From Desulfurococcales archaeon (GTDB taxonomy: Archaea > Thermoproteota > Thermoprotei_A > Sulfolobales > NBVN01), in the NCBI GenBank assembly GCA_027083115.1, contig JALWQN010000153.1, forward strand, positions 1-35,644: a stretch of DNA of 35,644 nucleotides, in the 5' to 3' direction. Of this stretch, positions 18,677 to 27,318 are shown in pieces (position 1 is the first letter of the stretch; each line of letters opens with the position of its first letter). The position numbers and the translations under genes were made by a program. Under the pieces are notes generated by a model. That model had not been told where the DNA came from, did not search any database, and saw only the letters and a list, made by a program, of their open reading frames with translations.

Positions 18677-19584
18677 CTGCAATATGGGATCCGGCTCTAG
18701 ATTTAGTGTTCATGACTCTTAGGTCAATGGTTCCTATACTTCTAGCTTCTGTTGGGGAGGTAGTTTCTGAGAGATCAGGTATTGTGAATATAGGGCTGGA
18801 AGGAATCCTGTTATTGGGCGCGTTCTTCGCAGTCATTGCTGATGTCTCTACAGGTTCACCTTGGGTAGGTGTTCTTGCAGGAGCTAGTGTTGGGCTACTT
18901 ATTGGCTTGATCCATGGAGTAATTTCAACGAAGCTCAAAGGTAACCAGATTGTTGATACAATAGGTGTTAATACCTTCGCTTTAGGTGTGGTGGGTTTTG
19001 GGATTTTTGCTGTCTGGCATGTTTGGGGGGCAAGAACTATTTCAGCAAACTTGGTCATTCAGCCAATCTACGTTGGTGGCAGGGCCCTATCACCAATGGT
19101 TATTATTGCTTTCGGGATAGCAATATTCACTTACTGGTTCCTGTTTAAGACTTCGTTCGGGGCCGCAATAAGGGCATGTGGTGAAGATCCAGATGCTGCT
19201 GATGTTGTAGGTATTAATGTTGACTTAGTGAGGATCATAGCTACAACATATGGTGCCCTCTTAGCTGGCATAGGAGGTGCTTACTTGAGTGTTGACTGGT
19301 TCTCGGGAATTACTAAAGAGATATCCGCCGGTAGGGGATGGTTATCACTCGCTAACGTTGCCTTCAGTAATTGGAACCCTTTATTAGCGATCGGTGGCTC
19401 CCTAATCTTTGCTTTCTTTGATGCCTTGGTCTTATGGATAGGTCCAATGCCTCAAGTAAATAGCATTATACCGCAAGAAATACTAAGGACAGTTCCTTAT
19501 ATAGTAACTATAATAGCTTTATCGGGAGTTATTAAGAAGGTTCGTCCGCCTAAGGCATTAGGTTTCCCTTACAGCAGAGAATGA
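18673..19584 (+). CDS. ABC transporter permease (nucleoside/sugar type)
   Basis: ERSGIVNIGLEG, IRACGEDPDAADVVGINV, AGRGW and PPKALGFPY motifs. Confidence 0.93.
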   Translation: MTAIWDPALDLVFMTLRSMVPILLASVGEVVSERSGIVNIGLEGILLLGAFFAVIADVSTGSPWVGVLAGASVGLLIGLIHGVISTKLKGNQIVDTIGVNTFALGVVGFGIFAVWHVWGARTISANLVIQPIYVGGRALSPMVIIAFGIAIFTYWFLFKTSFGAAIRACGEDPDAADVVGINVDLVRIIATTYGALLAGIGGAYLSVDWFSGITKEISAGRGWLSLANVAFSNWNPLLAIGGSLIFAFFDALVLWIGPMPQVNSIIPQEILRTVPYIVTIIALSGVIKKVRPPKALGFPYSRE

Positions 19585-19624
19585 GTTGCATTATGCTTTT
19601 TTGCTCGATTAACTAATGTTTCAC

Positions 19625-19680
19625 CGATGATGAGAAGAGGGTCTCGTGATGAGTAATGAGCGTAGCCGGAAATGCTGACC
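19625..19680 (+). ncRNA. Candidate box C/D sRNA
   Basis: C box ATGATGA (19627-33), 15-nt guide, D' ATGA (19649-52), C' GTAATGA (19653-59), 15-nt guide, D box CTGA (19675-78). No target identified. Confidence 0.45.
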
Positions 19681-20168
19681 AACTCCCTAAGCAACCACAA
19701 GGTATGGAACGGAGGTATAAGCTACTTACATTATTACTGACTTGGGCCTTAATTTACGCAATAATTTTCTTACTGTTTCATCAAATGCTTCAGGTAGCTA
19801 AAACCGTGAGCCCATACATAGGGTATGAGGTACCGTTAACCATGGTTTCCTTATATATCTCGACCTTCATCATGCTTATTGGTGTAGTTTTTGCGTATAT
19901 CTTTCATCCTTGCGGTTCCCTTATAAAACTGGTTTTAGTGACTTCTGTTGCTTTCGTAATAGTTCATTATTCATACGTTTATTCCGTTTTCTTAGGACGT
20001 TCAAGTGAATTAAAGATAGAGATACTTCCTTTCCTAATTAGGTTTGCTAGTTCCTCAGGGCACGCCTCCTTAGCTATTGATTTCGGTCAATTAGTTATTT
20101 TGGCTCTCCTACTTTACTCTGCCTTTAGAATTCGTGATTTCGTGAAGAAAGAACGATTTAGTGCTTAA
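19656..20168 (+). CDS. Hypothetical membrane protein (about 4 TM segments)
   Basis: 170-aa ORF with hydrophobic segments; no family recognised. The true start may be the downstream MERRYK Met. Confidence 0.65.
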   Translation: MSVAGNADQLPKQPQGMERRYKLLTLLLTWALIYAIIFLLFHQMLQVAKTVSPYIGYEVPLTMVSLYISTFIMLIGVVFAYIFHPCGSLIKLVLVTSVAFVIVHYSYVYSVFLGRSSELKIEILPFLIRFASSSGHASLAIDFGQLVILALLLYSAFRIRDFVKKERFSA

Positions 20169-20209
20169 GATTGCAATATTTTTAAGTTCGTTAGGTATTT
20201 CCTTATGGT

Positions 20210-20309
20210 GCCGCGGTAGTATAGCCCGGCCAAGTATGCGGGCCTTTCGAGCGGTTTCTGCCTGCGTGGATAGCCCGTGACCCGGGTTCAAATCCCGGCC
20301 GCGGCACCA
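20210..20309 (+). tRNA. tRNA-Glu(UUC) with 22-nt intron (20250..20271, position 37/38)
   Basis: GCCGCGG acceptor stem, CGGGC-CTTTCG[intron]A-GCCCG, T-arm CCGGGTTCAAATCCCGG, CCA. Confidence 0.92.
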
Positions 20310-20319
20310 TCAATTGATT

Positions 20320-21018
20320 TTACAGAAGTATATGCAGGACTTTCTCACACGCATGCGTTATTGTGGAAGTAACAACCCAAGCATCCAAGGGCTTAGGATA
20401 AATGGAGTATTCTTTATAGGCTGACGAGTGAACATATTCGCTGAAATCACCGTGGGGGAAAGCACCTATCACTATAGGTAATCCCTTATCTAAGCTCTCT
20501 ATACAGATCTCTTCAGGAGAATTAAGTTTACCTTTCTCACTTAGTAAAATACTTTTGGACGCGTTAAGGATTTTGAGGGCCTTATCGAATGTTGAGGGAA
20601 AGGCCTCCATTAAGGGTTCATTTTTCTGAGGAACTCTCCCATACTTCAGTAATTGCTCCATCAATCCGACGAACCTTAGGTAATTTCTTGGTATCTTAGT
20701 TAACGGATTAACCTTAATGCAGTAATCTCCATAGGTATGTACAATTAGCTTAAGCCTACCCTCTAGGTTGAGAGGGGAAGAAAGGAGATTTAGCAGCGTG
20801 ATATGGAGTATGTCAGGTCTCCCTCTCTTCTCCCTGTTAGGGAGCTTCTTCATGGCGTGATAATGTAATGAAACATCAAGGAGTGTTTCATAAGGTTTTT
20901 TATTCCTCCTTAAGGCGTTCTTAATTACTGATGGATGATTAGTTATTTCCTTAGGCACCAACTCAAGAGATGCTTCAGCAAGAACAACCTTAACTTGCTT
21001 TAGCTCAGCATATTTCAT
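20320..21018 (-). CDS. nep1: Nep1/Emg1 16S rRNA pseudouridine N1-methyltransferase (SPOUT)
   Basis: LAEASLELVP, RGRPDILH, IPRNYLRFVGLMEQLL and IGAFPHGDF motifs; start ATG 21018 or GTG 21030. Confidence 0.95.
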   Translation of the reverse strand: MKYAELKQVKVVLAEASLELVPKEITNHPSVIKNALRRNKKPYETLLDVSLHYHAMKKLPNREKRGRPDILHITLLNLLSSPLNLEGRLKLIVHTYGDYCIKVNPLTKIPRNYLRFVGLMEQLLKYGRVPQKNEPLMEAFPSTFDKALKILNASKSILLSEKGKLNSPEEICIESLDKGLPIVIGAFPHGDFSEYVHSSAYKEYSIYPKPLDAWVVTSTITHACEKVLHILL

Positions 21019-21110
21019 GGAGGATTCCACCTAAAATAATGTGTGGTCTGAATTTAAAGCGTAGTTAAAATAGATTCTTTAGAACTGTTAATTCAGTGAG
21101 GAGCTAAAGA

Positions 21111-21461
21111 ATGAGTTCAAGCAGATTAAGAAGCAACAGAGCATTAAAGGACTTAGCTATTCAGAGGGCCTTGCTTCTATATAAGCTTGCAGCACAAGCT
21201 ACTAAAGAAGGTAAGTACACTCTTGCTCGTAGATACATTGAGTTAGGCCTTAAATTAATAAGAAAAGCTAATACCTGTAAACCAGTTGTTTATAGGAGAT
21301 GGGTTTGTAAAGAGTGTCTAATTCCATTAATACCTGGACTTACGGCAACCGTAAGGATTAGAGGGAATAGGAAGCAAGTTATTATTATTAAGAAGTGCTT
21401 ACTATGTGGTAGGGTGATGAGGACTCCATGCATAAGAGAAGAACCGAGGAAAAAGGAGTGA
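21111..21461 (+). CDS. rnp4: RNase P protein component 4 (Rpp21)
   Basis: LARRYIEL, Zn ribbon CKEC...CLLCG, LIPGLTATVRIR. Confidence 0.92.
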   Translation: MSSSRLRSNRALKDLAIQRALLLYKLAAQATKEGKYTLARRYIELGLKLIRKANTCKPVVYRRWVCKECLIPLIPGLTATVRIRGNRKQVIIIKKCLLCGRVMRTPCIREEPRKKE

Positions 21462-21712
21462 TATCGGGCAAACCCCAGGTTAGAATAGGAAAGTACGGGA
21501 TAACTGACAACTTACTTAAGGAAATAGCTAGGTATCTGAAGAAAGATAAGGTTGTTAAAGTTAAGGTTCTAAGGTCTTTCCTTAAAGGTGATGTTCACGT
21601 GAGGGATTTGGCTGAGGAGGTTGCTAATCGAACCTCATCAAAAGTTATTGATGTGAGAGGACACACTTTCACTATAGCTAAGTATTCAAAAAGTAAGGGA
21701 ACCATTAAGTAA
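21428..21712 (+). CDS. yhbY: YhbY/CRM-domain RNA-binding protein
   Basis: KPQVRIGKYGIT, VVKVKVLRS and DVRGHTFTI motifs; follows rpp21. Start uncertain. Confidence 0.88.
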   Translation: MHKRRTEEKGVISGKPQVRIGKYGITDNLLKEIARYLKKDKVVKVKVLRSFLKGDVHVRDLAEEVANRTSSKVIDVRGHTFTIAKYSKSKGTIK

Positions 21713-21722
21713 TTCTTGGGTT

Positions 21723-21813
21723 TGGTGCCGCCGCGGGGATTTGAACCCCGGACACCCCGGTCTCTGAGCAATGTTCTTCAGCCGGGTGCTCTCCCGGGCT
21801 GAGCTACGGCGGC
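21723..21813 (-). tRNA. tRNA-Phe(GAA) with 14-nt intron (21762..21775, position 37/38)
   Basis: Reverse complement GCCGCCGTAGCTCAG...CCCGG-CTGAAG[AACATTGCTCAGAG]A-CCGGG...CCA; CTGA/TCAG central helix. Confidence 0.94.
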
Positions 21814-21857
21814 CCCTAATAAGGAGTTTTCCTGGGGAATTTTAAGTTTTGTTTATA

Positions 21858-22295
21858 CTAAAGGTCTAACACAAATCTCACTACCCAGCACTTATCTTCC
21901 TTCCTTATTTCCATCAGGGAGTATGTTACGGCCTTAACCTCAGTCCTCACCTCATGCTTTAAGGGATCGAATTTCTCTCCCTTAGCAACTCCCAAAATCT
22001 TGATTTCATTCTGTCCTGTTCGCTCGATCTTAACATCGAAATCCCTGAAGACCAGGCCCTCACTATCGTGAAGAATCAGAAGATCCTCTAACCATCTATA
22101 AAGAGCATTCTCTAAATCAATTGCTGAGTCCCTAATTTCCTTAAGCACTACAGCATCTACTTTTATGGTATCAGTAATGACCTCAAACATGCCTTTAGCT
22201 GCATAGATAAAGGCCTCATCTAAAGATGAACCTCTTGCCTCTATGTAAGCGTCTGAAGTATGTTCTAGGAACTTAAATCCTCTACACTCTCCCAA
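21858..22295 (-). CDS. Archease (RtcB cofactor)
   Basis: FKFLEHTSD, EVKAVTYS and C-terminal FVLDL are archease motifs. Confidence 0.94.
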   Translation of the reverse strand: MGECRGFKFLEHTSDAYIEARGSSLDEAFIYAAKGMFEVITDTIKVDAVVLKEIRDSAIDLENALYRWLEDLLILHDSEGLVFRDFDVKIERTGQNEIKILGVAKGEKFDPLKHEVRTEVKAVTYSLMEIRKEDKCWVVRFVLDL

Positions 22296-22406
22296 ACTTT
22301 TCCCCCAACATATTGTATAACTTTGGTTCTTTATGCGTGAACTTAATTATATAGGCCACGCAAAAAATTAAAGCCTTATTATGTCTTAAGGAAATGGTCT
22401 AGGGGT

Positions 22407-22503
22407 GCGGCGGTCGTCCAGCCTGGTCTAGGACGCCGGCCTTCCAAGGTATGGGTCCGTAGAACGCCGGAGATCCCGGGTTCAAATCCCGGCCGCCGCA
22501 CCA
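22407..22503 (+). tRNA. tRNA-Gly(UCC) with 18-nt intron (22447..22464, position 37/38)
   Basis: GCGGCGG acceptor stem, CCGGC-CTTCCA[AGGTATGGGTCCGTAGAA]C-GCCGG, T-arm, CCA. Confidence 0.92.
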
Positions 22504-22521
22504 TCTTTGCGGTGATGTCTT

Positions 22522-23394
22522 ATGAGGGTGGGTTTCATAGGCCTAGGTTTAATGGGTTATAATATGGCTTGCAGGCTTAGTGAAGTGGGCTTTAAATTAA
22601 TAGTATATAATAGAACAAGATCTAAAGTGACTAAATTCGTGGATGAGTGCGGTGGTGAAGCAGTTAATTCGCCTATGGAGGTAGGGGAGACTTCTGATGT
22701 TGTGCATATTATGGTGGCAGATAATGAGGCTGTAGGCAGTGTTTTACTTAAGCCAAAAGGATTACTTTCTTCAGGAAAGAAATTCAGGATAGTCGTTCAG
22801 TCCACCATTACACCTCAGTTTAGCTTAGTTATGAAGTCATCTGTGGAGGCCTCTGGCAGATCCTACGCTGAGGCCCCGGTATTAGGTAGCGTGTCTGAAT
22901 CTAGGGAAGGGAAGCTACTGACTTACGTAGCTGGTGATAAGGAAGATGCTGAACTCCCGTCAATTAAGGCATTAAGTAAGAAAATCTATTATGTGGGTGA
23001 AGTCCCTAAGGCCTCAGCAATTAAGTTAGCGATAAATAATGTGTTCCTCACTTCCTTAGCTGGATTAACTGAGTCAGTAGCTCTGGCCTTAGGTTGGGGA
23101 GTAAGTAAGGAGAATATACTTTCTTACTTGAGAGACACCTGGTTGAAGACCTTGGTCGAGAGGTATGAGGGTAGGGGGTTTAATGGGGAGTTCCCGACTC
23201 GATTCCCTATGAGGTTGGCTGCTAAGGACCTCAGCTATGTATCAAGTGCTTTATCTAAGGTTAGACTTCCTGCAGCCTTGGCTTCTTCTGCTGCTGACTT
23301 ATTCAGTCAAGCAGCAAACTCAGGCTTCTCAAACAATGACTACAGTAATATTTTGCTTTTCTTTAAGGAGTTAGTGGCTTCGAGGAAAGTGTAA
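22522..23394 (+). CDS. NAD(P)-dependent beta-hydroxyacid dehydrogenase (HIBADH/6PGDH family)
   Basis: VGFIGLGLMG, VYNRT, STITP, EAPVLGS, catalytic IKLAINN, LAAKDL. Confidence 0.92.
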   Translation: MRVGFIGLGLMGYNMACRLSEVGFKLIVYNRTRSKVTKFVDECGGEAVNSPMEVGETSDVVHIMVADNEAVGSVLLKPKGLLSSGKKFRIVVQSTITPQFSLVMKSSVEASGRSYAEAPVLGSVSESREGKLLTYVAGDKEDAELPSIKALSKKIYYVGEVPKASAIKLAINNVFLTSLAGLTESVALALGWGVSKENILSYLRDTWLKTLVERYEGRGFNGEFPTRFPMRLAAKDLSYVSSALSKVRLPAALASSAADLFSQAANSGFSNNDYSNILLFFKELVASRKV

Positions 23395-23404
23395 AGCTTA
23401 ATAT
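23391..23404 (+). promoter_or_regulatory. Putative BRE+TATA promoter for the eS19 cluster
   Basis: GTAAAG-CTTAATAT about 40 nt upstream of the start codon. Confidence 0.45.
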
Positions 23405-23441
23405 GACCTGAGAGAGAGTTTGATGAGTAGAGGGATGTAGA

Positions 23442-23921
23442 GTGGTGAGCGTTAAGGAAGTGCCAGCAGATGCCTTCATTAATGAACTAGCTAAGTATCT
23501 CAAGGAGCACGTTCGGCAGGTTAAGCCACCTGAGTGGGCATTTCTAGTGAAGACTGGGTCAAATAAAGAGAGGGTGCCTGAGGATCCTGATTGGTGGTTT
23601 ATTAGGGCAGCTAGCATTATGAGGAAAATCTATGTTGCTGGGAGGCCTTTAGGTATCCAAAGATTGAGGACAGCCTATGGGAGCCTAAAAGATAGGGGAT
23701 CCGCGCCCTCCCACTTCCACAGGGCAGGGGGTTCTCATATAAGGAAAATACTTCAGCAACTTGAGAAGGCCGGCTTAATTATGAAGGAAAGGAAGAGGGG
23801 TCGTGCCTTATCCCCCAAGGGACTCTCCCTAATGGATAGGATAGCTAATAAGGTGTTTGCAGATCTAATTAAGGATAGGCCTGAATTATTAAAGTATGGT
23901 GGGGGGAAGACTAGTGAGTAA
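23442..23921 (+). CDS. rps19e: 30S ribosomal protein eS19
   Basis: PPEWAFLVKTG, WWFIRAASIMRK and IRKILQQLEKAG motifs. Confidence 0.97.
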   Translation: MVSVKEVPADAFINELAKYLKEHVRQVKPPEWAFLVKTGSNKERVPEDPDWWFIRAASIMRKIYVAGRPLGIQRLRTAYGSLKDRGSAPSHFHRAGGSHIRKILQQLEKAGLIMKERKRGRALSPKGLSLMDRIANKVFADLIKDRPELLKYGGGKTSE

Positions 23922-24261
23922 TTATGATGAGGAGCTTGAGCGCCTTAAGAAAAAACAGCTTGAGGAGCTCCTTAGGAAGCAGCAAGAGCAAGAAAGAATG
24001 AAAGAGGAGGAAATGATTAGGGAGGCTCAAAAGCAAGAAATACTTAGGAAAATCACTACTCCTGAAGCGAGAGCTCGATTAAATAATGTTAAGCTAGTTA
24101 GGCCAGAATTAGCTAAGGCAGTTGAGGACTACATCATTAGTTTAGCGCTTAGCGGGAGGCTAAACTCAGTTATTGATGACGACACTTTAAAGCAGATATT
24201 ATATGCTATTGACTCAAGGACTAGGAGGGAGTTTAAGATAAATATTCGTGAGAAAAGGTGA
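23914..24261 (+). CDS. PDCD5/TFAR19-family DNA-binding protein
   Basis: [25 protein letters not shown]; conserved position after eS19. Start placed at GTG 23914 (track start 23896). Confidence 0.92.
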   Translation: MSNYDEELERLKKKQLEELLRKQQEQERMKEEEMIREAQKQEILRKITTPEARARLNNVKLVRPELAKAVEDYIISLALSGRLNSVIDDDTLKQILYAIDSRTRREFKINIREKR

Positions 24262-24266
24262 TGAGT

Positions 24267-24425
24267 ATGGCACGAAATAAGCATGTAGCGAGGAAATTAA
24301 GGCTTGCTAAAGCCCTGAAAAGCAATCAAGGAGTTCCTGTGTGGGTAGTGATTAAAAGCTTAAGGAAAGTACCCTACAGACCTAGGTTAAGAAACTGGAG
24401 AAGAACTAAGCTAAAGAATGTGTGA
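24267..24425 (+). CDS. rpl39e: 50S ribosomal protein eL39, 52 aa, not in ORF track
   Basis: [52 protein letters not shown]. Confidence 0.95.
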   Translation: MARNKHVARKLRLAKALKSNQGVPVWVVIKSLRKVPYRPRLRNWRRTKLKNV

Positions 24426-24431
24426 AGGTGA

Positions 24432-24740
24432 TTGAATTTGCCGGAAGAAAAAATATATGTGATTGGTTTAGGGAGGCTGTATTGGGCAGGGCGTTCCAAT
24501 AGAGCGCCTAAGGCAGTTAAGAAAATTAGGGAGTTCTTGTACAGGCATACAAAAGCCGAAAAAATAGTTATTGATGAATCAATTAATGAGTTCGTGTTCT
24601 CGAGGTCCTACGATAAGCCGCCAAGAAAGGTGGCTGTCAGGGTAGTTCAATTGGATGATGAAGGTAAGATCCTTAAAGCTGCCTTGGCGGTACCTGTTGA
24701 GGAGAAAGAGAAAACTGAAGAGGGTGAGGGAAGCCATTAA
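24432..24740 (+). CDS. rpl31e: 50S ribosomal protein eL31
   Basis: RAPKAVKKIREF and INEFVFSRSYDKPPRKVAVRV motifs. Confidence 0.94.
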   Translation: MNLPEEKIYVIGLGRLYWAGRSNRAPKAVKKIREFLYRHTKAEKIVIDESINEFVFSRSYDKPPRKVAVRVVQLDDEGKILKAALAVPVEEKEKTEEGEGSH

Positions 24741-25411
24741 TGCCTTTAGATATGTTGAGCATTTTCGGGAATCCAAACATAGGTGTTTATTTATTTGCTA
24801 ATAATAAAGTTGCTTTAGTTCCCAAAGGGATTGATTCTGTTGTTAAGAAAAAGATAAAGGAAGTTCTTGATGTTGAGGTTATTGAGGCAAGAATTTCAGG
24901 GAGTCCACTCTTAGGCATCTTTATTGCAGGAAATGATAGGGCAATACTTCTTCCTAGGATTGCTAAGGAAAGCGAAGTACAGCATCTGAAGAACTTAGGG
25001 TTGCCTGTTAAGGTCTTTACAGGATTGTTTACGGCTTTAGGTAATGTTGTTCTAACAAATAATAAGGCTGCTTTACTTCACCCCGAACTAACGGATAATG
25101 AGGTCTCGGAAATAACTTCGCTGTTAGGAGTTGAGAGGCATATGAAGGGTTCTGTTGCAGGCGTCCCAACAGTAGGTTCTGCGGCAGTAATTACTGACCT
25201 TGGTGGGGCGCTACATCCTGATGTGAGTGATGAAGAAATTAAGTTCATTAAGGATCTTTTTAGGGTGCATGCCGACATAGCAACAGTTAATTTTGGTGTA
25301 GCCTTTATTAAGACGGGACTCGTAGCTAACAATCATGGGGCCTTAGTGGGTTCCAAAACCACGGGTCCTGAAGTAATGAGGATAATGAAGGCATTAAACA
25401 TAGGTGAGTAA
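24740..25411 (+). CDS. eif6: Translation initiation factor aIF6
   Basis: FGNPNIGVY, TALGNVVLTNN, TVNFG and TTGPE motifs. Confidence 0.96.
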   Translation: MPLDMLSIFGNPNIGVYLFANNKVALVPKGIDSVVKKKIKEVLDVEVIEARISGSPLLGIFIAGNDRAILLPRIAKESEVQHLKNLGLPVKVFTGLFTALGNVVLTNNKAALLHPELTDNEVSEITSLLGVERHMKGSVAGVPTVGSAAVITDLGGALHPDVSDEEIKFIKDLFRVHADIATVNFGVAFIKTGLVANNHGALVGSKTTGPEVMRIMKALNIGE

Positions 25412-25413
25412 GT

Positions 25414-25665
25414 ATGGAGGTAAAAGTATATAGGGTTAGGGGGATTGCGTTGTTCAGTCCTGACAGGATAAGGGTATGGCAGCCTTTTACCATAGATGTG
25501 AGAGCTCTCAGGAAAGAGGATGCTATAGAAAAAGTGTATTCCGACTTAGGTAGCAAGCATAAGTTGAAGAGAGCACATATTAAAATAATAGAGGTATTTG
25601 AGATCTCACCAGAGGAGTCCAAATACAAGTACATTAAGGACATCAGTAACTTAACGGGCTGGTGA
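25414..25665 (+). CDS. rpl18a: 50S ribosomal protein eL20 (L18Ae/LX)
   Basis: AIEKVYSDLGSKHKLKRAHIKI motif. Confidence 0.93.
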   Translation: MEVKVYRVRGIALFSPDRIRVWQPFTIDVRALRKEDAIEKVYSDLGSKHKLKRAHIKIIEVFEISPEESKYKYIKDISNLTGW

Positions 25666-26138
25666 GTGCAGTGGCAGCATCTAAAGCCGGCGGGGAAAAA
25701 GTAGTTGTGTCTCTAGATGCTTTAATGGCTCAGTTAAATGACTTAAGGAATTACATTTCTGCGTTGCAGGCCCAAATCGATAATTTAATTGCTGAATTGA
25801 CTGAGGTAAAGTCCAGCGAGAATGTTGTTTCCGAATTAAAAACTAAAGCTCCTGAGGAGGTCCTTGCACCAGCCGATAGGAGAGGGCATGTTATGCTAAG
25901 AGCTAAGCCAGTAACAATCGATTCAGTTGTCGTGCATATCGGTGGCGATAACTATACGGAATTACCTCTTGAGAAAGCTATTGAGATAGTACTAAGTAAG
26001 GAGAAGGAATTAAGTAACGTACTAACTCAATTAAGGAAAGAACTTAATAAAGCAACAGACTATCATGACCAGTTACAGCTGTTAGTGAATTCATTAATCG
26101 CGCAAGCCAAGAAGCAGGCTAAGAGCGAAGCTAAGTAA
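25662..26138 (+). CDS. pfdA: Prefoldin alpha subunit
   Basis: Coiled coils flanking the beta-hairpin region VVVHIGGDNYTE; lies between LX and ftsY. Confidence 0.87.
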   Translation: MSAVAASKAGGEKVVVSLDALMAQLNDLRNYISALQAQIDNLIAELTEVKSSENVVSELKTKAPEEVLAPADRRGHVMLRAKPVTIDSVVVHIGGDNYTELPLEKAIEIVLSKEKELSNVLTQLRKELNKATDYHDQLQLLVNSLIAQAKKQAKSEAK

Positions 26139-26184
26139 GGGCGTTAACCTAAGCTTTCTTCAGCGTCTTATGGGGTGAGGTCTA

Positions 26185-27099
26185 TTGCCGCTTAAATTAA
26201 AGGAAGCTTTTTCTAGTCTATCCAAAAAGCTTGGCGATGTTTTATCTAAGAAAGAATTAACTGAGGACGACATTGATGAGGTATTTGATGAGGTGCAAGT
26301 AACTCTTCTTGAGGGTGATGTTGCTTACGAAGTTGTTGAGATGCTTAGAGATATTCTGAAGAAAGAGCTTTCTGGATTAAAGGTCAGTAGGTTCTCTAGG
26401 GCAGAGAAAGAAGTTAAAGAAAAAATAACAGATTCCATTAAGAGGTTGCTTATGAGAGGTGTTATGGGTTCAGACATCATACAGGCAATAAAGGAAAGTC
26501 CTAAGCCCTACATAATTGTTTTTATGGGTGTGAATGGGGTAGGAAAGACCACAACAATTGCTAAGGTGGCTTACCTTCTACTTAAAAATAGGCTGAAGTC
26601 AGTAATTGTTGCGGCGGATACCTTCAGGGCAGGTGCTCAAGAGCAGCTTGAAATACATGCTAGGAATCTTAGCTTGCCTTTCATTAAGGGCAAGTACGGA
26701 GCCGATCCGGCGGCCGTAGCTAAGGACGGGGTAATTCATGCAGAAAGAAAGGGGTACCCGGTTGTACTAATAGATACTGCAGGAAGGATGCATACTGACA
26801 GGAACCTGATGGAGGAAATCAGGAAGGTTGTTAGGGTCGTTAAACCAAACCTTAAGTTACTTGTTCTTGACGCTCTAACAGGGAATGACGCCATATTGCA
26901 GGCCAGATGGTTCGATAAAGCAGTTGGTGTTGATGCCGTCATACTAACTAAGCTTGATGCTGACGCAAAAGGAGGTTCCGCATTAAGTATTATCTTAACT
27001 ATTGGGAAGCCTATTATGTTTGTTGGTGTTGGCCAGGAATATGATGACTTAGTACCTTACGAACCTAGTGAAATACTTAATAAGTTACTAGGAGAGTAG
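26185..27099 (+). CDS. ftsY: Signal recognition particle receptor FtsY
   Basis: GVNGVGKTTT, DTFRAGAQEQL, DTAGR, TKLDADAKGG and GVGQEYDDL motifs. Confidence 0.97.
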   Translation: MPLKLKEAFSSLSKKLGDVLSKKELTEDDIDEVFDEVQVTLLEGDVAYEVVEMLRDILKKELSGLKVSRFSRAEKEVKEKITDSIKRLLMRGVMGSDIIQAIKESPKPYIIVFMGVNGVGKTTTIAKVAYLLLKNRLKSVIVAADTFRAGAQEQLEIHARNLSLPFIKGKYGADPAAVAKDGVIHAERKGYPVVLIDTAGRMHTDRNLMEEIRKVVRVVKPNLKLLVLDALTGNDAILQARWFDKAVGVDAVILTKLDADAKGGSALSIILTIGKPIMFVGVGQEYDDLVPYEPSEILNKLLGE

Positions 27100-27116
27100 G
27101 TTGGGGGTAGGGTTCA

Positions 27117-27296
27117 TTGAAGTTTGAGGAATTAATGTCGATGTGGAGGAAGATCCTTGAAATATCCGAAAAGCCTGAGCCTGATGAATACAAGTTGCTT
27201 CTTAAAATTACTTTTGGTGGGATGCTCTTGGTTGGCACTATAGGTTATCTAGTGTATTTAGCTCTAAGGATAGCTCAAGGTACAGGCATGACTTGA
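27117..27296 (+). CDS. secE: Preprotein translocase SecE/Sec61-gamma, 59 aa, not in ORF track
   Basis: (M)KFEELMSMWRKILEISEKPEPDEYKLLLKITFGGMLLVGTIGYLVYLALRIAQGTGMT*; lies between ftsY and spt5. Confidence 0.9.
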   Translation: MKFEELMSMWRKILEISEKPEPDEYKLLLKITFGGMLLVGTIGYLVYLALRIAQGTGMT

Positions 27297-27318
27297 CTAG
27301 CTAGTGAGGTTATGAGTA

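Noticed and set aside
14269-20209. ABC transporter region as an island integrated at tRNA-Ser or tRNA-Glu
   Set aside because: No duplicated tRNA end, integrase or transposase was seen.
20109-20291. 60-aa minus-strand ORF
   Set aside because: It is the antisense reading of tRNA-Glu and its promoter region.
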